A stretch of 64,000 nucleotides of DNA, taken from Prochlorococcus sp. AG-402-A08. Lineage in GTDB: Bacteria; Cyanobacteriota; Cyanobacteriia; PCC-6307; Cyanobiaceae. The translations under genes and the position numbers were made by a program. How positions within the stretch are numbered: the first letter of the stretch is position 1; the number at the start of each line of letters is the position of its first letter. The notes below the pieces were generated by a model. That model was given only the letters and a program-made list of their open reading frames with translations. It searched no databases and was not told the DNA's origin. Of the stretch, positions 53,983 to 64,000 are shown one piece after another. The stretch lies in contig QCHH01000005.1 of assembly GCA_003279585.1 (NCBI GenBank), forward strand, positions 8,209 to 72,208. Reading direction: 5' to 3'.

Positions 53983-55335
53983 TTAAGAATTTGACTCCAT
54001 TAATCTAAATGATTCTAGAAGTGTTTTCTCATTACCTAGATTACCTGGAAAAGTAACAACTGGTAAATCATTTTGATCAGAATTACTTATTACTATTGAT
54101 AATCCTGGTAATATTTGTCCTTTTAAATCTACTTGATTAAAATTCAATCCTTTTTGAAGCAAGAGTTGTGTTGTAATACCTCCCTTACTAATAATATAAC
54201 CTAACTTAATAGTTATTTTTCCAACTAGAATTGCCATAAACTCTGCAAGTTTTAGTCCAAAATTCATTCTTTTAGAGTAAGAAGAAAACTTAATTTCCTC
54301 TCTAGTAGTATACAAAACAGGTACTTTATTAGTATCCAAAATATCATCTATTTTCGACAATAAAATACCCTCCAACTCTAAGATTGCCGGCTGACAATCT
54401 TCTAAAGTAAAAATATCAGCTAATTTACCTACTGGTATTTCCAAACCTTCGCAGGATTTATCTTTCAATAAAAACTCTAATTGATCTGTGGCTAATTTCA
54501 CATGAGAGCCAACTATTATCAAACCTGGCTTATATTTAAACTCATTATTTTTTGATTTTAAAGATACTAAATTTGCAATGTCTTGGGGGTTAGGTGGTAA
54601 ACCAGATAAAGAATTAATAAAACTTGCTGCTGTTCTAAAAAGAAATCTTTTTTCTTTAGAAACTATTTTAATCGCCTTAGCTAATATTTCTAAATGATGA
54701 GGTAATTTTGCATCCACAACTACTGAAATATTATTTTCTAATTTAGACAAAAAACTTACAAGAGATTTAAAATCATCTTCATTATTAAAAGCCATATCTA
54801 ATTGGTTAATTTCAACATGCAAGATTTGTTTCGCCTGTATCTTTCCTAAACTTTTTTCTTCAATCCATTTAGATAAATCACTAGTTGAAAATCCAAAAAT
54901 TTTATCACTACCAAACTCAGTAGTATGTACAGGTATCCCATTTAGATAATGAATACCATTTTCAGTTGTTCGTCCACCTTCCAAAAAAGCTGGAATATGA
55001 AATGTTGCATGAAATGGTCCTAATTCTTCCTCAAGAATTGCAGGTTCCAAAACACCATGACCACGTAATGTTGAATCACCTCTACTAATATAAAAATAAT
55101 CATCTTTTGAATATCCTTTTTCTAAAAAAAACTTCTTAATAGATGAGCATATTTCTCTAGTTTTCTTAACAGCTAGAATTGAAGATAAAGATCTTGTGTT
55201 AGCAAGTATAAATATTAAAGGGGAAGATTTTGTAAATGCTTTCTCTAGAGTATTTGCATCCCAATTTAGTAATAATGGGCATCCGTAAACAGTTTGAGAT
55301 CCAGTTGGATCATCATCAAAAATAATTATTTTCAT
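53983..55335 (-). CDS. four-carbon acid sugar kinase family protein (YgbK/DUF1537)
   Basis: DDDPTG, RGDSTLRGH, PAFLEGGRT, VGSH, SKGGITT, FPGNLG. Confidence 0.88.
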   Translation of the reverse strand: MKIIIFDDDPTGSQTVYGCPLLLNWDANTLEKAFTKSSPLIFILANTRSLSSILAVKKTREICSSIKKFFLEKGYSKDDYFYISRGDSTLRGHGVLEPAILEEELGPFHATFHIPAFLEGGRTTENGIHYLNGIPVHTTEFGSDKIFGFSTSDLSKWIEEKSLGKIQAKQILHVEINQLDMAFNNEDDFKSLVSFLSKLENNISVVVDAKLPHHLEILAKAIKIVSKEKRFLFRTAASFINSLSGLPPNPQDIANLVSLKSKNNEFKYKPGLIIVGSHVKLATDQLEFLLKDKSCEGLEIPVGKLADIFTLEDCQPAILELEGILLSKIDDILDTNKVPVLYTTREEIKFSSYSKRMNFGLKLAEFMAILVGKITIKLGYIISKGGITTQLLLQKGLNFNQVDLKGQILPGLSIVISNSDQNDLPVVTFPGNLGNEKTLLESFRLMESNS

Positions 55336-55365
55336 AAAAAATTAATCTATTTTTCACTCAAAGAT

Positions 55366-56550
55366 TTATTCGAATCTCTCCCAACTTTCAGGAATTTGAA
55401 TATAAGATTTATTTAAATCAGCAACAGACCCACAGCCCAATAGTTTCATAGTTCTCACTATATCTGTTTGAAGAATTTCTATAGCCCTAGCAACACCTTT
55501 CCCTCCTGCAGCAGCAAGTCCATACGCATAGGCTCTACCTATCAAAACTCCTTTCGCCCCAAGACATAATGCTTTAACGACATCACTACCCCTTCGAATA
55601 CCTCCATCTAGCAACACATCTGTTTTTCCATCAACTGCAGCTAAAATTTCGGGCAAAACACGGATCGTGGGAGCAACGCTATCAAGTTGCCTAGCTCCAT
55701 GATTAGAAATAACGATCGCATCCGCGCCGAGCTCTACCGCTTTTTTTGCGTCATTACCTATATGTATACCCTTAACAATAATTTTTCCACCCCACGCCTC
55801 GCGTATCCATTGAAGATCATCCCATGTCACAACTGATTGTTCTAGAGCAGGACCAATTGCGGTGTATCCCATAGGGCCATTATCAAGTTGAACATTTGGG
55901 AAACTCATTAAGCCTCCATCACTTAACCATTGAGTCATCCAGCATGGTTTAATTAATATTTGAGGAATATAAGGGAGCATCTCAAAAGGATTCATAGATA
56001 AAAGCTGTTGGGTTCCTGATCGCATATCTCTTTCCCTTAAGCCAGATACGGGAGTATCAATAGTTACAACTATTGCTGAGAATCCTGCTTCTTTAGCTCT
56101 AGCAATTGTTTTCAAAGCGACTTCTTTACCACCTAGCAAATAAAGCTGATACCACGCTGGTCCATTTGTAGCAGCTTTAACATCTTCCAATAAACAACCT
56201 GAGAGAGTTGACAAAGTATATCCAGTGCCTGCTTTACCTGCCTCTCTAGCTGCAACCACTTCTCCCTGGGGATAGAACATTCTGCTACTCCCAACTGGTC
56301 CCAACATGAAAGGAAGTTGAAATTTCTGATCTAAAACAGATATTCCAAGATCACACGATGGAACAGAGACTGCACATCTAGGTCTAAATAAAATTTCATT
56401 ATATGCGTTGCAATTTTGTGAAAGTGTTTGTTCTCTATCTGCACCACTATCTATATAGTTAAAAACCATCGCCGGTAGACGATTTTTAGCTCTAGTCCTG
56501 AGGTCATCTATATTAAGTACACCTGGAGAGGAAACATCTGCTCCTAACAT
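55366..56550 (-). CDS. FMN-dependent alpha-hydroxy-acid oxidase/dehydrogenase (LldD/glycolate oxidase family)
   Basis: YIDSGA, FRPR, WYQLY, TIDTP, VKGI, SNHGARQLD, DGGIRRGSD. Confidence 0.92.
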   Translation of the reverse strand: MLGADVSSPGVLNIDDLRTRAKNRLPAMVFNYIDSGADREQTLSQNCNAYNEILFRPRCAVSVPSCDLGISVLDQKFQLPFMLGPVGSSRMFYPQGEVVAAREAGKAGTGYTLSTLSGCLLEDVKAATNGPAWYQLYLLGGKEVALKTIARAKEAGFSAIVVTIDTPVSGLRERDMRSGTQQLLSMNPFEMLPYIPQILIKPCWMTQWLSDGGLMSFPNVQLDNGPMGYTAIGPALEQSVVTWDDLQWIREAWGGKIIVKGIHIGNDAKKAVELGADAIVISNHGARQLDSVAPTIRVLPEILAAVDGKTDVLLDGGIRRGSDVVKALCLGAKGVLIGRAYAYGLAAAGGKGVARAIEILQTDIVRTMKLLGCGSVADLNKSYIQIPESWERFE

Positions 56551-56696
56551 TATTCATCACAAATTCATGAATAATGAATCTATAATATATTGATCATAGA
56601 TGCAAAAACCAAAGAAATATTGAAATATTTGTTATACAAAAATTTATAAATTGGATTTAATTAGTTACAAACTATACTCATCTAAAGCTTAAATAA

Positions 56697-57554
56697 CTAA
56701 AAAGAATAATGCTTGAAAGTGGTAGATAATTCTATATATTCTTCTGGTTTAATTTTAAGTTTTCTATCTCCAGTCACCAGAGAGTTCCTTGGGCTGGTCC
56801 AAGGCTCAAGACAAACCATTTGTCTTGGAGGATCAGTCCAAATCACTGCTGTATCAATTGGCTCTTGATGAATTAATTCAATTACGTTCTTAGATAAACA
56901 ATCGACAAGTTTAACAGAACAAGAAGGATACGAAAGAAAATCAACGCCTTTGTCTAAAATTCGAATCTGGTCAGATGAATTAGTCACTTTCATATTAGTT
57001 TGATCAATACATTTTTCAGGCAAACCATCTATCTTGACTTTTTGTAAATTTGAAACCTGAAAATATGGATGAAGGCCAAAACTAAAGGGCATAGAATCAT
57101 TACCCTGATTATAAATTTTAACGGATATTTTAAGACTTTTTTCTTTCAAGAAAACATCCATCAAAAGAGTAAAGAAAAAAGGAAAATAAGAAAGTGAATA
57201 TTTTGTATTACTCAGTTTGAGCCTAATACCTAATTTATCTTTTAATAGTTGAATTGACCAAGGCAAATCTCTAGCAAAACCATGTTGTTTTAGAAAATAC
57301 TTCTTACCACCAATTGAATAGCCTTCAGATAAATCACCACATATTGGGAAAAGGATAGGTATTCCTCCTCTGACACTTTTGCCTTTGTCTAGAAAACGGT
57401 CTAAATCGAAGTACAAAAGTTCTTTCCCTTCGCTTAGCCATTCAGTGATCAATCCTCCTCTTTCAGGGACAATTCTGATTAATGAATTATATTCAGGATT
57501 TGAATATTCCCAGTGAGGATAAGGATTTTTCTTTTTCTCGAAACTGACCGCCAT
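56697..57554 (-). CDS. aldose 1-epimerase / galactose mutarotase-like protein
   Basis: RGGIPILFP, QHGFAR, GLHPYF, CLEPW. Confidence 0.9.
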   Translation of the reverse strand: MAVSFEKKKNPYPHWEYSNPEYNSLIRIVPERGGLITEWLSEGKELLYFDLDRFLDKGKSVRGGIPILFPICGDLSEGYSIGGKKYFLKQHGFARDLPWSIQLLKDKLGIRLKLSNTKYSLSYFPFFFTLLMDVFLKEKSLKISVKIYNQGNDSMPFSFGLHPYFQVSNLQKVKIDGLPEKCIDQTNMKVTNSSDQIRILDKGVDFLSYPSCSVKLVDCLSKNVIELIHQEPIDTAVIWTDPPRQMVCLEPWTSPRNSLVTGDRKLKIKPEEYIELSTTFKHYSF

Positions 57555-57557
57555 AGA

Positions 57558-58469
57558 TCAAAGCTGATTAATCCATTCTAAAAGAGCAGAATTAACCTGA
57601 TCGGGAACTTCATCATGTGGACAATGGCCAGCATCTAAAACAACTTCTTTTGTATTTTCAGGTGTATGTTTTTTATAAGTAGCCCTTTTACCAGGAGCAT
57701 TCATCCAAGGATCTCTGTTACCCCAGAGCAATAACAATGGTGACTTCAACTGAGCGAACAACTCGTCGAGTGGTCTTCCCTGAGGACCTGCGGGATCAAA
57801 AACACTTTTGAAGACATTAAAAGCACCAGCATCCAAAGATGGTTTTCGGATCGCCTCTACTAGTTCATCATCAACGTTGGATGTATCAATATAAACTTGA
57901 TTTAATGTACGTTTAATTGTTGAAGGCTGTCTAAGATTTTCAAAAATTATTCGCTGCAATAGCGCATTTTTGAGAAAGATACCAGCAACAGTTTTTCTAG
58001 CTGTTGCCCAAAATCCTTTAGTTGTTTTCTTATCTTCGCTGAAATAACCAGCAGCATTTAATAAAACCACACCTGCTGACTCTGTACCCAAAGCAGCCCC
58101 ACTAGCAAGAGCGGCATAACCTCCTAGGGAGTTACCAACCAATATTGTTGGTCTCCCTATATTTTCTTTAACATAAGAAACTATTTGATCTTTCCAAAGT
58201 GGACCTCCATAAGCAAGGCCAACTGGTTTAGAGCTTTTACCAAAGCCAAGAAGATCTAAAGCGTGAACTTCATACTGCTTTCCAAGTACCGGTAAGTTGT
58301 GCCTCCAATGAGTTGTAGAGGCACCAAAGCCATGTATTAAAAGAATTGCTGGTCCTTTTTCATCATCGTTCTTACTTTTATGATCTTCAGGAATAATGCT
58401 CAAACTGTAAACAGAATGTCCTAAGAATTTCCAATCAGAAAGATTTTTTTCTACAACTGAGGAAACCAT
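57558..58469 (-). CDS. alpha/beta fold hydrolase
   Basis: HGFGAS, DLLGFG, GNSLGG nucleophile elbow, GHCPHDE. Confidence 0.92.
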   Translation of the reverse strand: MVSSVVEKNLSDWKFLGHSVYSLSIIPEDHKSKNDDEKGPAILLIHGFGASTTHWRHNLPVLGKQYEVHALDLLGFGKSSKPVGLAYGGPLWKDQIVSYVKENIGRPTILVGNSLGGYAALASGAALGTESAGVVLLNAAGYFSEDKKTTKGFWATARKTVAGIFLKNALLQRIIFENLRQPSTIKRTLNQVYIDTSNVDDELVEAIRKPSLDAGAFNVFKSVFDPAGPQGRPLDELFAQLKSPLLLLWGNRDPWMNAPGKRATYKKHTPENTKEVVLDAGHCPHDEVPDQVNSALLEWINQL

Positions 58470-58584
58470 TTAAGAATAATCTAATACTTATAGATCCTAG
58501 TAAATCATTGATAGAAAGAGATTAGTGATTTTATTTCTTTTTTTCGAAATTTCCTCACCTTTTCAAATGAGTTTTCAATAATTT

Positions 58585-59958
58585 CTAAACTAATCCAACT
58601 GGATCAGCTGCGACTTCATCAGGAATAGAATTACCTCCTGAAGGGGGTTTATCTTTCAAAACAACTCTTAGCAAAACAGGCGCTAAAAATGTTGTTCCAA
58701 TAACCATTAACAATATTGCTGCCTCCAGGGATGGGGTAAGCAAACCAGCACTTGTTCCCAATCCTAGGAATATTAATCCAACTTCTCCTCTAGGCATCAT
58801 TCCCAAGCCAACAACTAATCTATTAGTTGGTTTATCAATGACAAAGCACCAGCCAGCAGCAATTTTTCCAACAATTGCTACTACAAATAAGAAACCAGCA
58901 ACAATTAGAGCAGAGCGACTCTGGGGATCAAGAGGATTAATTACAGAAAGATCCATACCTGCTCCCACTAGCACGAAGAAAATAGTTGCGAATAGGGAGA
59001 CTAATGGCAAAACAGATTGTTGAATTGCATGATTATTTTTGGAACTACTTAGTATCAATCCAGCAGCAAAAGCACCCAAAGCAGCTTCTAAACCAATAGC
59101 AGTAGCAACAAAACAGCTTAAGACCAATATCACGAAAGAAGCTACAACAACAGCTCCAGGAGCCTTAAGTCTTTCAAGCAACCAATCAAAGGCTGGAGCA
59201 GCTGTTCGGCTCAAAGCAATTGCAGCAAAGACAAAAACAGTTGCAGCCAGTACTAGTTTGACAATAGGAGCAATTTGCAAAGATCCTCCCGTAGCAAGAG
59301 CTACTACAACGGCAAGAATAACAATGCCAAGTATGTCATCTAATACTGCTGCGCCAATAACAATTTGACCCTCACGAGTTTTTAAATAACCAAGCTCACC
59401 AAAAACACTTGCAGTAATTCCTATGCTCGTCGCGGTCATAGATGCGCCAGCAAATATCGCAGGAATGATATCTACTTGAAAAATAAACATTAATCCAAAA
59501 GTTCCAAAAGCAAATGGCAAAATCACTCCTGCCATTGCGACAGTGAAAGCTTGCGCTCCAACTGCTACAAGTTCCTCTAATTCACTTTCCAGACCGGTCA
59601 GAAATAACAAGGCATATAGACCTAAAGTTGCTACTGCTTGTAAAGATGGAAAAGTTTCAAAATAAATATCGGGGACTGCTTCTTTGGGTACTGAAGCAAG
59701 TGTGCTAATAAGAGAAACAAAGCCTTGATTTAATTCAGCATGAGCACTGGGAGGCAATAGAAGATGTAATCCTGAAGCACCAATTAAAACTCCCGCAAGA
59801 AGTTCACCGACGATTGTAGGCAAACTTAGTCGCACTAAGATTTCAGCCAAAGTCCTAGCCGCAACAAAGATCATTAAGAAATTAATGACCCCTATAAGTG
59901 TTTCCGCAACCTCAACATCATGAGTATTTAGTACTGAGACTAAAGGAGTTAATACCAT
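58585..59958 (-). CDS. cation:proton antiporter (CPA2, NhaS3-like)
   Basis: GELLAG, GLES, ATSIGIT, AAVLDD, GAFAAG, MMPRGEV. Confidence 0.92.
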   Translation of the reverse strand: MVLTPLVSVLNTHDVEVAETLIGVINFLMIFVAARTLAEILVRLSLPTIVGELLAGVLIGASGLHLLLPPSAHAELNQGFVSLISTLASVPKEAVPDIYFETFPSLQAVATLGLYALLFLTGLESELEELVAVGAQAFTVAMAGVILPFAFGTFGLMFIFQVDIIPAIFAGASMTATSIGITASVFGELGYLKTREGQIVIGAAVLDDILGIVILAVVVALATGGSLQIAPIVKLVLAATVFVFAAIALSRTAAPAFDWLLERLKAPGAVVVASFVILVLSCFVATAIGLEAALGAFAAGLILSSSKNNHAIQQSVLPLVSLFATIFFVLVGAGMDLSVINPLDPQSRSALIVAGFLFVVAIVGKIAAGWCFVIDKPTNRLVVGLGMMPRGEVGLIFLGLGTSAGLLTPSLEAAILLMVIGTTFLAPVLLRVVLKDKPPSGGNSIPDEVAADPVGLV

Positions 59959-60122
59959 CAGGTTTTCTAGAAAAGCCTTTTCTTTAAGACATAAATTACC
60001 TAATCACAGGGCATATTTGGCATAAGTATCAAAGGTGACTTAATCAATAAGGTGTGGATCTGAAGTTACTCACTGATTACTAAAGCTTTATTAGCTAGCG
60101 TCCAGAAACATTTGATGCCTTT

Positions 60123-62642
60123 ATGAGCAGCTCCCAGTCACTTGACCTGCGTCTGCCGACCCCAGGATGCTATGCAGATCCTGTTCGGGCTGGCATGGAT
60201 GCTGATGCAGTCTTCGATGGAATGACTGAGCATCTCTTTTTTACTCTTGGCAAACTAGCTACATCGGCAAGCCTGAGAGATCTCTATATGGCTTTGAGCT
60301 TTGCTGTTAGAGATAGATTGATGAGTAGATATCTAACAAGTCAAGAGACAATTCGAGCAAGACCTCAAAAAACAGTTGCCTATCTTTCAGCTGAATTTCT
60401 CATAGGACCTCAACTAAATAATAATTTACTAAATCTAGGCATCAAAAAAGAGGCCGAGGAAGCTCTAAAAAGGTTTGGAATTGAATCACTAAATGACATA
60501 TTGGAAGTAGAGGAAGAGCCTGGACTTGGAAATGGAGGGTTAGGAAGACTGGCAGCTTGTTATATGGAATCACTTGCAAGTCTTCAGGTCCCTGCAGTGG
60601 GATACGGAATAAGGTACGAATTTGGTATTTTCAACCAATTAATCAGAGATGGTTGGCAAGTAGAAGTTACTGATAAATGGCTCAAAGGTGGCTGGCCCTG
60701 GGAATTACCCCAACCAGACGAAGCTTGCCTAGTCGGTTTTGGAGGCCAAACTGAAAGCTATACAGATGACAATGGGAACTATCGCTCTCGATGGATTCCA
60801 AGCGAACATGCGATAGGTGTTCCACATGATGTGCCTGTTCTTGGTTACAGAGTAAATAGCTGTGATCGTTTGAGATTATGGAGAGCTGATGCAACCGAAA
60901 GTTTTGATTTTTACGCTTTCAATATTGGCGATTACTACGGGGCTGTTGAAGAGAAAGTAGCATCAGAAACTCTATCAAAAGTTCTTTACCCTAATGATGG
61001 AACTGATGAAGGAAGAAGATTACGTTTAAAGCAACAACACTTTTTTGTAAGTTGTTCCTTACAAGACATGCTTCGAAGTTTAGAAAAGCGTGCAATAGCT
61101 GTTGAGGAATTCCCGCATCACTGGACAGTTCAATTGAATGATACTCATCCAGCTATTGCAGTTGCAGAGTTAATGAGGCTGTTGATCGATCAACATAGAT
61201 TGGATTGGGATAAAGCCTGGGAAATCACTAACAGATCCGTAGCCTATACAAACCACACCTTGTTGCCTGAAGCTCTCGAGAAATGGGACCTGAGCTTGTT
61301 TAAAAACTTATTACCTAGACATTTAGAACTTATCTATGAAATCAATAGACGTTTCTTGCAACAAGTAAGACTCAAGTATCCAGGTAATGATGCAATTTTG
61401 AGAAAGCTTTCAATTATCGATGAAGATGGTGGAAAAGCTATTCGCATGGCACATTTAGCGACAATTGGAGCACATCATGTAAATGGAGTAGCTGCGCTTC
61501 ATTCAGATTTAATCAAGAGACAATTACTACCTGAATTTGCAGAACTATGGCCTGAAAAATTCACTAATGTCACCAATGGAGTTACTCCACGTAGATGGGT
61601 CGCTTTAGCTAATCCTGAGCTTTCTAAACTTCTTGACAAAGAGATAGGTCCAAATTGGATTACTAATATGGAGCTATTACTAGAATTAGAAAAAAAAGAA
61701 AATGACTCTAATTTTTTAGATCTTTTTGCATCAGCTAAGCTTTCTGGTAAAAGAAAACTAGCTGGTTACATACATAGGCAAACCGGTGTTCTTGTAGATC
61801 CCTCTAGTTTATTTGATGTTCAAGTTAAAAGAATTCACCAATATAAAAGACAGCATTTAAATGCTTTACAAGTAATTGCTCAATATCTAAGAATTAAGAA
61901 TGGAATAACAAAGAACATTGCGCCTCGTACCATCATTTTTGGTGGTAAAGCTGCGCCGGGTTATTTCATGGCGAAGTTAATGATTAGATTTATCAATGGG
62001 ATAGCAGATGTAGTTAATGCTGATCCTGATATGGATGGATTATTAAGAGTAGTTTTTCTTCCTGACTACAACGTGAAACTAGGAGAGCAAGTTTATCCTG
62101 CAACTGATCTTTCTGAGCAAATTTCAACAGCTGGTAAAGAAGCTTCAGGAACTGGAAATATGAAATTCGCTATGAATGGTGCATTAACAATTGGAACTCT
62201 TGATGGGGCTAATGTAGAAATCAGAGAAAGAGTTGGCGCAGATAATTTCTTTTTGTTTGGTAAAACAGAATCAGAAATAATGGAATTAAGACATGAAGGT
62301 TACAGTCCAACTAGCTTTATTAGAGAATCAAATGAACTACAAGAGACTCTCAAGTTAATAGAAGTTGGGCACTTTAGTAACGGTGATAGTGAGCTCTTTA
62401 GACCAATAATAAATATTTTGACTGGCAACGATCCTTTCTTTGTTATGGCGGACTTTGATGATTACCTACGAGCACAAGATGAGGTTAGTCAAGCTTGGAA
62501 AAAAAGTAAAAAATGGAATCGCATGGCATTATTAAATACAGCAAGGTCAGGTTTTTTCTCATCAGACAGATCAATAAGGGAATATTGTCAGTCAATATGG
62601 AAAGTTAAACCATTGCCTGTAGAGATAAGTTGTGAAAAATAA
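60123..62642 (+). CDS. glgP: glycogen phosphorylase
   Basis: GLGNGGLGRLAAC, QLNDTHP, YTNHT, TNGVTPRRW, EASGTGNMK. Confidence 0.98.
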   Translation: MSSSQSLDLRLPTPGCYADPVRAGMDADAVFDGMTEHLFFTLGKLATSASLRDLYMALSFAVRDRLMSRYLTSQETIRARPQKTVAYLSAEFLIGPQLNNNLLNLGIKKEAEEALKRFGIESLNDILEVEEEPGLGNGGLGRLAACYMESLASLQVPAVGYGIRYEFGIFNQLIRDGWQVEVTDKWLKGGWPWELPQPDEACLVGFGGQTESYTDDNGNYRSRWIPSEHAIGVPHDVPVLGYRVNSCDRLRLWRADATESFDFYAFNIGDYYGAVEEKVASETLSKVLYPNDGTDEGRRLRLKQQHFFVSCSLQDMLRSLEKRAIAVEEFPHHWTVQLNDTHPAIAVAELMRLLIDQHRLDWDKAWEITNRSVAYTNHTLLPEALEKWDLSLFKNLLPRHLELIYEINRRFLQQVRLKYPGNDAILRKLSIIDEDGGKAIRMAHLATIGAHHVNGVAALHSDLIKRQLLPEFAELWPEKFTNVTNGVTPRRWVALANPELSKLLDKEIGPNWITNMELLLELEKKENDSNFLDLFASAKLSGKRKLAGYIHRQTGVLVDPSSLFDVQVKRIHQYKRQHLNALQVIAQYLRIKNGITKNIAPRTIIFGGKAAPGYFMAKLMIRFINGIADVVNADPDMDGLLRVVFLPDYNVKLGEQVYPATDLSEQISTAGKEASGTGNMKFAMNGALTIGTLDGANVEIRERVGADNFFLFGKTESEIMELRHEGYSPTSFIRESNELQETLKLIEVGHFSNGDSELFRPIINILTGNDPFFVMADFDDYLRAQDEVSQAWKKSKKWNRMALLNTARSGFFSSDRSIREYCQSIWKVKPLPVEISCEK

Positions 62643-62646
62643 ATTT

Positions 62647-63105
62647 TTATTTTTCAGGCAAGTCTGGGGTTTGATGCAATAATCTGTTCAACTTTAACCG
62701 ATCAATATTTAAGGGGTCTGGAGCAAGTTCACCTGCCATCTCTCGAAATGTATCTTCAATGTCATCAGGAACTTTGACATCGAAAATTCTTTCCATTAAA
62801 GCTTCTATGGAATAGAGATGAGCATTAATATTTTCAAGATCTGATATTACTTGTGTTATTGATTTTTCTTTGTTTTCAATAATTCCAGTTTGACATTTTT
62901 CTTCAGATTGATTGGATAAATTTGAATTCAACTTCTTTTGCAAATCTTCCAATACTCTTCCACATAAAGTTCTAAAAGATTGAAGCGCAGCCCAATTAAT
63001 CTCTTGTTGTTGACGCAATGTTGGAAACTCTCTAATTAAACGATCATGTTCCCTGTAAAATCTCAGGCAATCTGCACATTGGCATGGTTCTTCAGGCACC
63101 TTCAT
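62647..63105 (-). CDS. conserved hypothetical protein with N-terminal CxCxxC
   Basis: PCQCADC, QQQEINWAALQSFRTL, GELAPDP. Confidence 0.78.
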   Translation of the reverse strand: MKVPEEPCQCADCLRFYREHDRLIREFPTLRQQQEINWAALQSFRTLCGRVLEDLQKKLNSNLSNQSEEKCQTGIIENKEKSITQVISDLENINAHLYSIEALMERIFDVKVPDDIEDTFREMAGELAPDPLNIDRLKLNRLLHQTPDLPEK

Positions 63106-63136
63106 CGATGCAGCTTAGAAACCATCATTGCACTTC

Positions 63137-63475
63137 TTAGGCCGTCATAGGGGGATCATCGTTAAATAAGTCACCCTCTCCATCATTGTTATCTATTTCG
63201 GAGCTTTCAGGGAGAGGTATTTCAATGCTAGTAACCACTTGAATAACATCACGCAATCTCATTGAGTCGGCAAACCAACCCATGGCTTGTTCAGTATCAC
63301 CTCTTCCTTCTGCATCATTAGATTGATCTTCATGTGCTTCAGCTAAAAGTGTTAACCAACATAAGCATCGAGCTTGAACAATTGATAAATCTAAATCACC
63401 AGGTTGCGAGTTAGATATTTGCTCACTCTCTTGTTGAACAAGCAATCGTAAGCGAAGATCGTGAAGCTGGGCCAT
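63137..63475 (-). CDS. conserved hypothetical protein
   Basis: QARCLCWL, EQAMGWFADSMRLRD; co-oriented with the previous gene. Confidence 0.78.
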   Translation of the reverse strand: MAQLHDLRLRLLVQQESEQISNSQPGDLDLSIVQARCLCWLTLLAEAHEDQSNDAEGRGDTEQAMGWFADSMRLRDVIQVVTSIEIPLPESSEIDNNDGEGDLFNDDPPMTA

Positions 63476-63575
63476 GTTGACTGATTCACTATAACAACGC
63501 TAGCGAGAGAGTAATGATTTTGCACACCCACCACATATAGGACTACATATTTTTATTTTTAATTCGTTTTTCGGA

Positions 63576-63649
<74 letters not shown>

Positions 63650-63684
63650 CTGAAATTAATTATGCCTTGAGGCATGATGGAGTT

Positions 63685-64000
63685 GAAAGCAGGGGAGGTG
63701 ATCGCAATCGAACTTCAGAAAAAAGCTGAAGAATTCGATTGAGGAAAGTCCGGGCTCCTGATTGGCCAGGCTTGCTGGGTAATTCCCAGTGCGGGTGACC
63801 GTGAGGATAGTGCCACAGAAACACACCGCCTAATGCTTAATGGGGAAATCCCAACAAGCGCGGCAAGGGTGCAAAGGTGCGGTAAGAGCGCACCAGCAGC
63901 ATCGAGAGGTGCTGGCTAGGTAAACCCCGGCTAGGAGCAAGGTGAGGGGCATTGGAGGCCATAGACCTTGTCCCTAAGGAGAACCGCTTGAGGCTATCGG
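63685..64000 (+). ncRNA. rnpB: RNase P RNA (type A), truncated by window end; 5' end approximate
   Basis: GAGGAAAGTCCGGGCT, AGTGCCACAGAAA, GGTAAGAGCGCACC, GGTAAACCCC...GAGCAAG conserved regions. Confidence 0.97.

Noticed and set aside
58838-59368. Plus-strand Ala/Thr-rich ORFs
   Set aside because: Antisense shadows of a hydrophobic antiporter gene

Overview
AT-rich window from a marine picocyanobacterium, most consistent with a low-light Prochlorococcus (inferred from gene content, order and composition). It is mostly core genome. 1-12.1 kb holds the S10-spc-alpha ribosomal protein superoperon on the minus strand (rplC to a partial rpoA), including a cysteine-free L36 missed by the ORF track. 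It is followed by ndhN-ldpA, tRNA-Gln, recA (with an upstream LexA-like box), tyrA, a CrtD-like gene, a JAB + MoeB/rhodanese pair, a duplicated-domain cobO, larE, speD, recF, tRNA-Arg(CCG), ppc, gshA, trpE, psaD, an atypical histidine kinase, rodA, mrp, hemF, ccb1, a short RNase D and tRNA-Cys. A small accessory islet follows tRNA-Cys, then purM, panC-cmk, pebB-pebA-ho1, icd, a sugar-acid kinase and alpha-hydroxy-acid oxidase pair, glgP, tRNA-Arg(CCT) and the 5' part of rnpB. No CRISPR array, transposase or integrase was seen. The most notable signals are: a decayed duplication of the tRNA-Cys 3' half plus flank (integration scar); a recF whose conserved N-terminus has no ATG/GTG/TTG (probable ATC start); an unannotated 59-aa four-Cys microprotein; a JAB/E1-rhodanese/LarE sulfur-relay neighbourhood; and several leader hairpins. 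Family assignments come from recognised motifs, not database searches.
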